Shown in pieces: positions 62,002-64,000 of a stretch of DNA of 64,000 nt. The stretch is from Nostoc sp. Lineage in GTDB: Bacteria > Cyanobacteriota > Cyanobacteriia > Cyanobacteriales > Nostocaceae. Each line of letters opens with the position of its first letter. Positions within the stretch are counted from its first letter, which is position 1. The stretch spans positions 393,340 to 457,339 of the forward strand of contig JBALDB010000007.1 of the NCBI GenBank assembly GCA_036918135.1. Reading direction: 5' to 3'. Position numbers and translations under genes: made by a program. Below the pieces are notes generated by a model, which was given only the letters and a program-made list of their open reading frames with translations, made no database searches and was not told where the DNA came from.

Positions 62002-62598
62002 TCACTTCAATTGTTGAGCTATATAATCGCCAACGCGCAAGGCATTGGCCATAATTGTCAGTGTGGGATTAGCACCAGAATTTGAAGGGAAAAAACTACT
62101 ATCTACGACGTAAAGATTATCGACATCATGGGTACGGCAATTGAGGTCAAGAACTGAGGTTTTAGGATTTGTACCAAATCGACAACTACCGCATTGATGG
62201 GCTACTGCTTGTTCGGGTAGATGAGTGCGAGGATAAATACTAAATGGTAGGACGTGCTTCGCAGAACGCGGAATTGACTTAAGTACAGATGTCCAACGGT
62301 GAATCAGGCGATCGCTTGCTTCGGTATTGTTCAGTGTATAGTCAACGTGAATCTTGTCACCCACTACCCGAATCCGATTATTGGGGTCTGGTAAATCCTC
62401 TGTTTGCAACCACCAACCAACTGACCTTTCAGCCAGCAAATGGCGCTCAAAATGAGGAATTAGCTTGACAAACGGAGCCATCAGTGGGGGTGCTTCTGCG
62501 GGAATCATATCTGCAAGCACATTACCCGTATTTTGCACCATCCCCATTGGATAAGGAAAATCCGGTTCTCCCCAGTAAAAGTCATTAACGGCAGTGTT
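62002..62598 (-). pseudogene. C-terminal fragment of a GMC oxidoreductase
   Basis: AVNDFYWG, EDLPDPNNR, AHQCGSCRFG, NLYVVDSSFFP, NPTLTI; the FAD-binding N-terminus is absent. Confidence 0.85.
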
Positions 62599-62939
62599 GT
62601 GTAAAATGAAAAACTTTTAATCTAAAAAAATTAGAAATTTTCAGCTAAACGACGATTATCTTAAAAAGTAAATATAACTTATTGTTAATTAAATCATTTT
62701 TAGTAAATTACTTCATTATCTATATCTACGGTTGGAGGTAAAGGCAATTTAATTAAATAAATTATGCCGTTTGCAATCATTGACGAAAAATTTGTGTTTA
62801 ATAACCAGCTATAAATCTATATTTACAATTTATACACTCAGGTTTTGGCAAGAATTTAAGTACAACTTTATAGCTATCTTGTAGTAGCTTGAAGCTGCTA
62901 TTTATCATTAGCAACCAAATTAAATAATAGGAGGTTCCT

Positions 62940-63845
62940 ATGCCACAAGTCATTGAGATTTATGACGATCGCCTACGTACACTAGTACGCATAAATGTTT
63001 CACTCGAAAAGCTGGCCAATGGTGCAGTTCACAGCGAAGGCCCTGTTTACATCCACGAAGATAATAGTGTAGTGTGGAGCGATGCTCATGGCAATCGTCT
63101 GCTACGGTGGAGTCCCGCTAACAACGTGACCGTCCTACGCGATCCATCTGATTACCAAAGTGGTAATTACCACGACTTGGAGGGTCATCTGGTTGCGTGT
63201 TCATCGGGTTTGCGTGCTATTATCCGATAAGAACAAAATAGTGAATGGAAGGTTTTATGCGATCGCTACCAAGGAAAACGCCTCAACAGTCCCAATGATT
63301 TGGTAGTCAAAAGCGACGGCACAATTTGGTTTACCGATCCGCCCTATGGCATTACCGAGCCAAACCAAGGGTATGGCGGCGAACAAGAACAAAGCGGAAG
63401 TTACGTGTATCGCTTTGACCCGGCAAGTAATGAGATTTATCCTGTAGTAACGGACATAGTATGGCCTAACGGACTGGTTTTTAGTCCAGATGAAAGTTTG
63501 CTGTATGTTTCAGATTCAGCAGCGTTTAATATTCCAGACGGCCCGCATCATATTCGCGTCTATGATGTCGTAGATGGTCAATGGGCAAAAAACGGGCGGG
63601 TGTTTGCAATCATCGAACCAGGATTACCTGATGGATTGAAGGTTGACGAACATGGTAATGTTTTTACTAGTTCTCAAGATAGCGTGCAGGTATACGCTGC
63701 TGACGGAACTCGACTGGGAAAAATTCTCGTACCAGAAGTATGCGCTAATTTAACTTTTGGTGGAAAGGAACGCGATCGCCTCTTTATCACAGCAGGCAAA
63801 TCCTTATATGCTATCGACCTGAATACCCGTGGTGTGCAGCTATGA
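62940..63845 (+). pseudogene. SMP-30/gluconolactonase gene with an in-frame stop
   Basis: SEGPVY, then TAA at 63228-63230; same frame continues to RLNSPNDLVV, FTDP, PNGL, PDGL, NLTFGG. Confidence 0.88.
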
Positions 63846-64000
63846 TTTATCAATTCGTGCTAGGTATAGCAATTGCTGTGTGGATGCTACCAAAGGTAAT
63901 TACTTTTAACCCTCTTTTGTTACTTTAGGGAGAGAATAATTAAGTACACAAGTTGAAGCATTAAGTAACAGGGATGGTTACGCCACGTAGGCAGGCAGTC

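Noticed and set aside
63228..63230. Programmed readthrough in the gluconolactonase gene
   Set aside because: TAA stop in a region full of pseudogenes; simple nonsense mutation (or sequencing error) is more likely
1..64000. tRNA, rRNA or riboswitch (e.g. cobalamin near cobO, Moco near moaE)
   Set aside because: No recognisable cloverleaf or conserved riboswitch core by eye; an Infernal/tRNAscan run would be needed to exclude them

Overview
This window is chromosomal DNA from a cyanobacterium, most likely a Nostoc-like heterocyst former. The evidence is frequent HIP1 octamers (GCGATCGC), heptamer STRR tracts, small Nostoc-type dispersed repeats and cyanobacterial core genes. Roughly 1-50 kb is mostly housekeeping and stress genes: a carbonic anhydrase/sbtAB/Tat carbonic anhydrase cluster, trpB, two paralogous OmpR regulators, hisIE, hemL, GST, a HerA-like ATPase, sigB, cobO, moaE and clpS. 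It also holds a 2115-aa CHAT-STAND NTPase-WD40 protein with homogenised 126-nt repeats. Roughly 50-64 kb is an accessory, partly decayed island: a secreted GH32, dead IS5 and IS630 elements, a DUF389 gene broken three times, and truncated GMC and gluconolactonase genes. Inside the island sits an intact module: an RppA/RppB-like two-component system divergent from a cyanorhodopsin (DTE) - FNT channel - DUF421 - Blh gene run, with two OmpR-type direct-repeat boxes in the shared promoter. This module is my best candidate for an undescribed system. I found no rRNA, tRNA or CRISPR array. All family calls come from motif recognition by eye; no database search was run.
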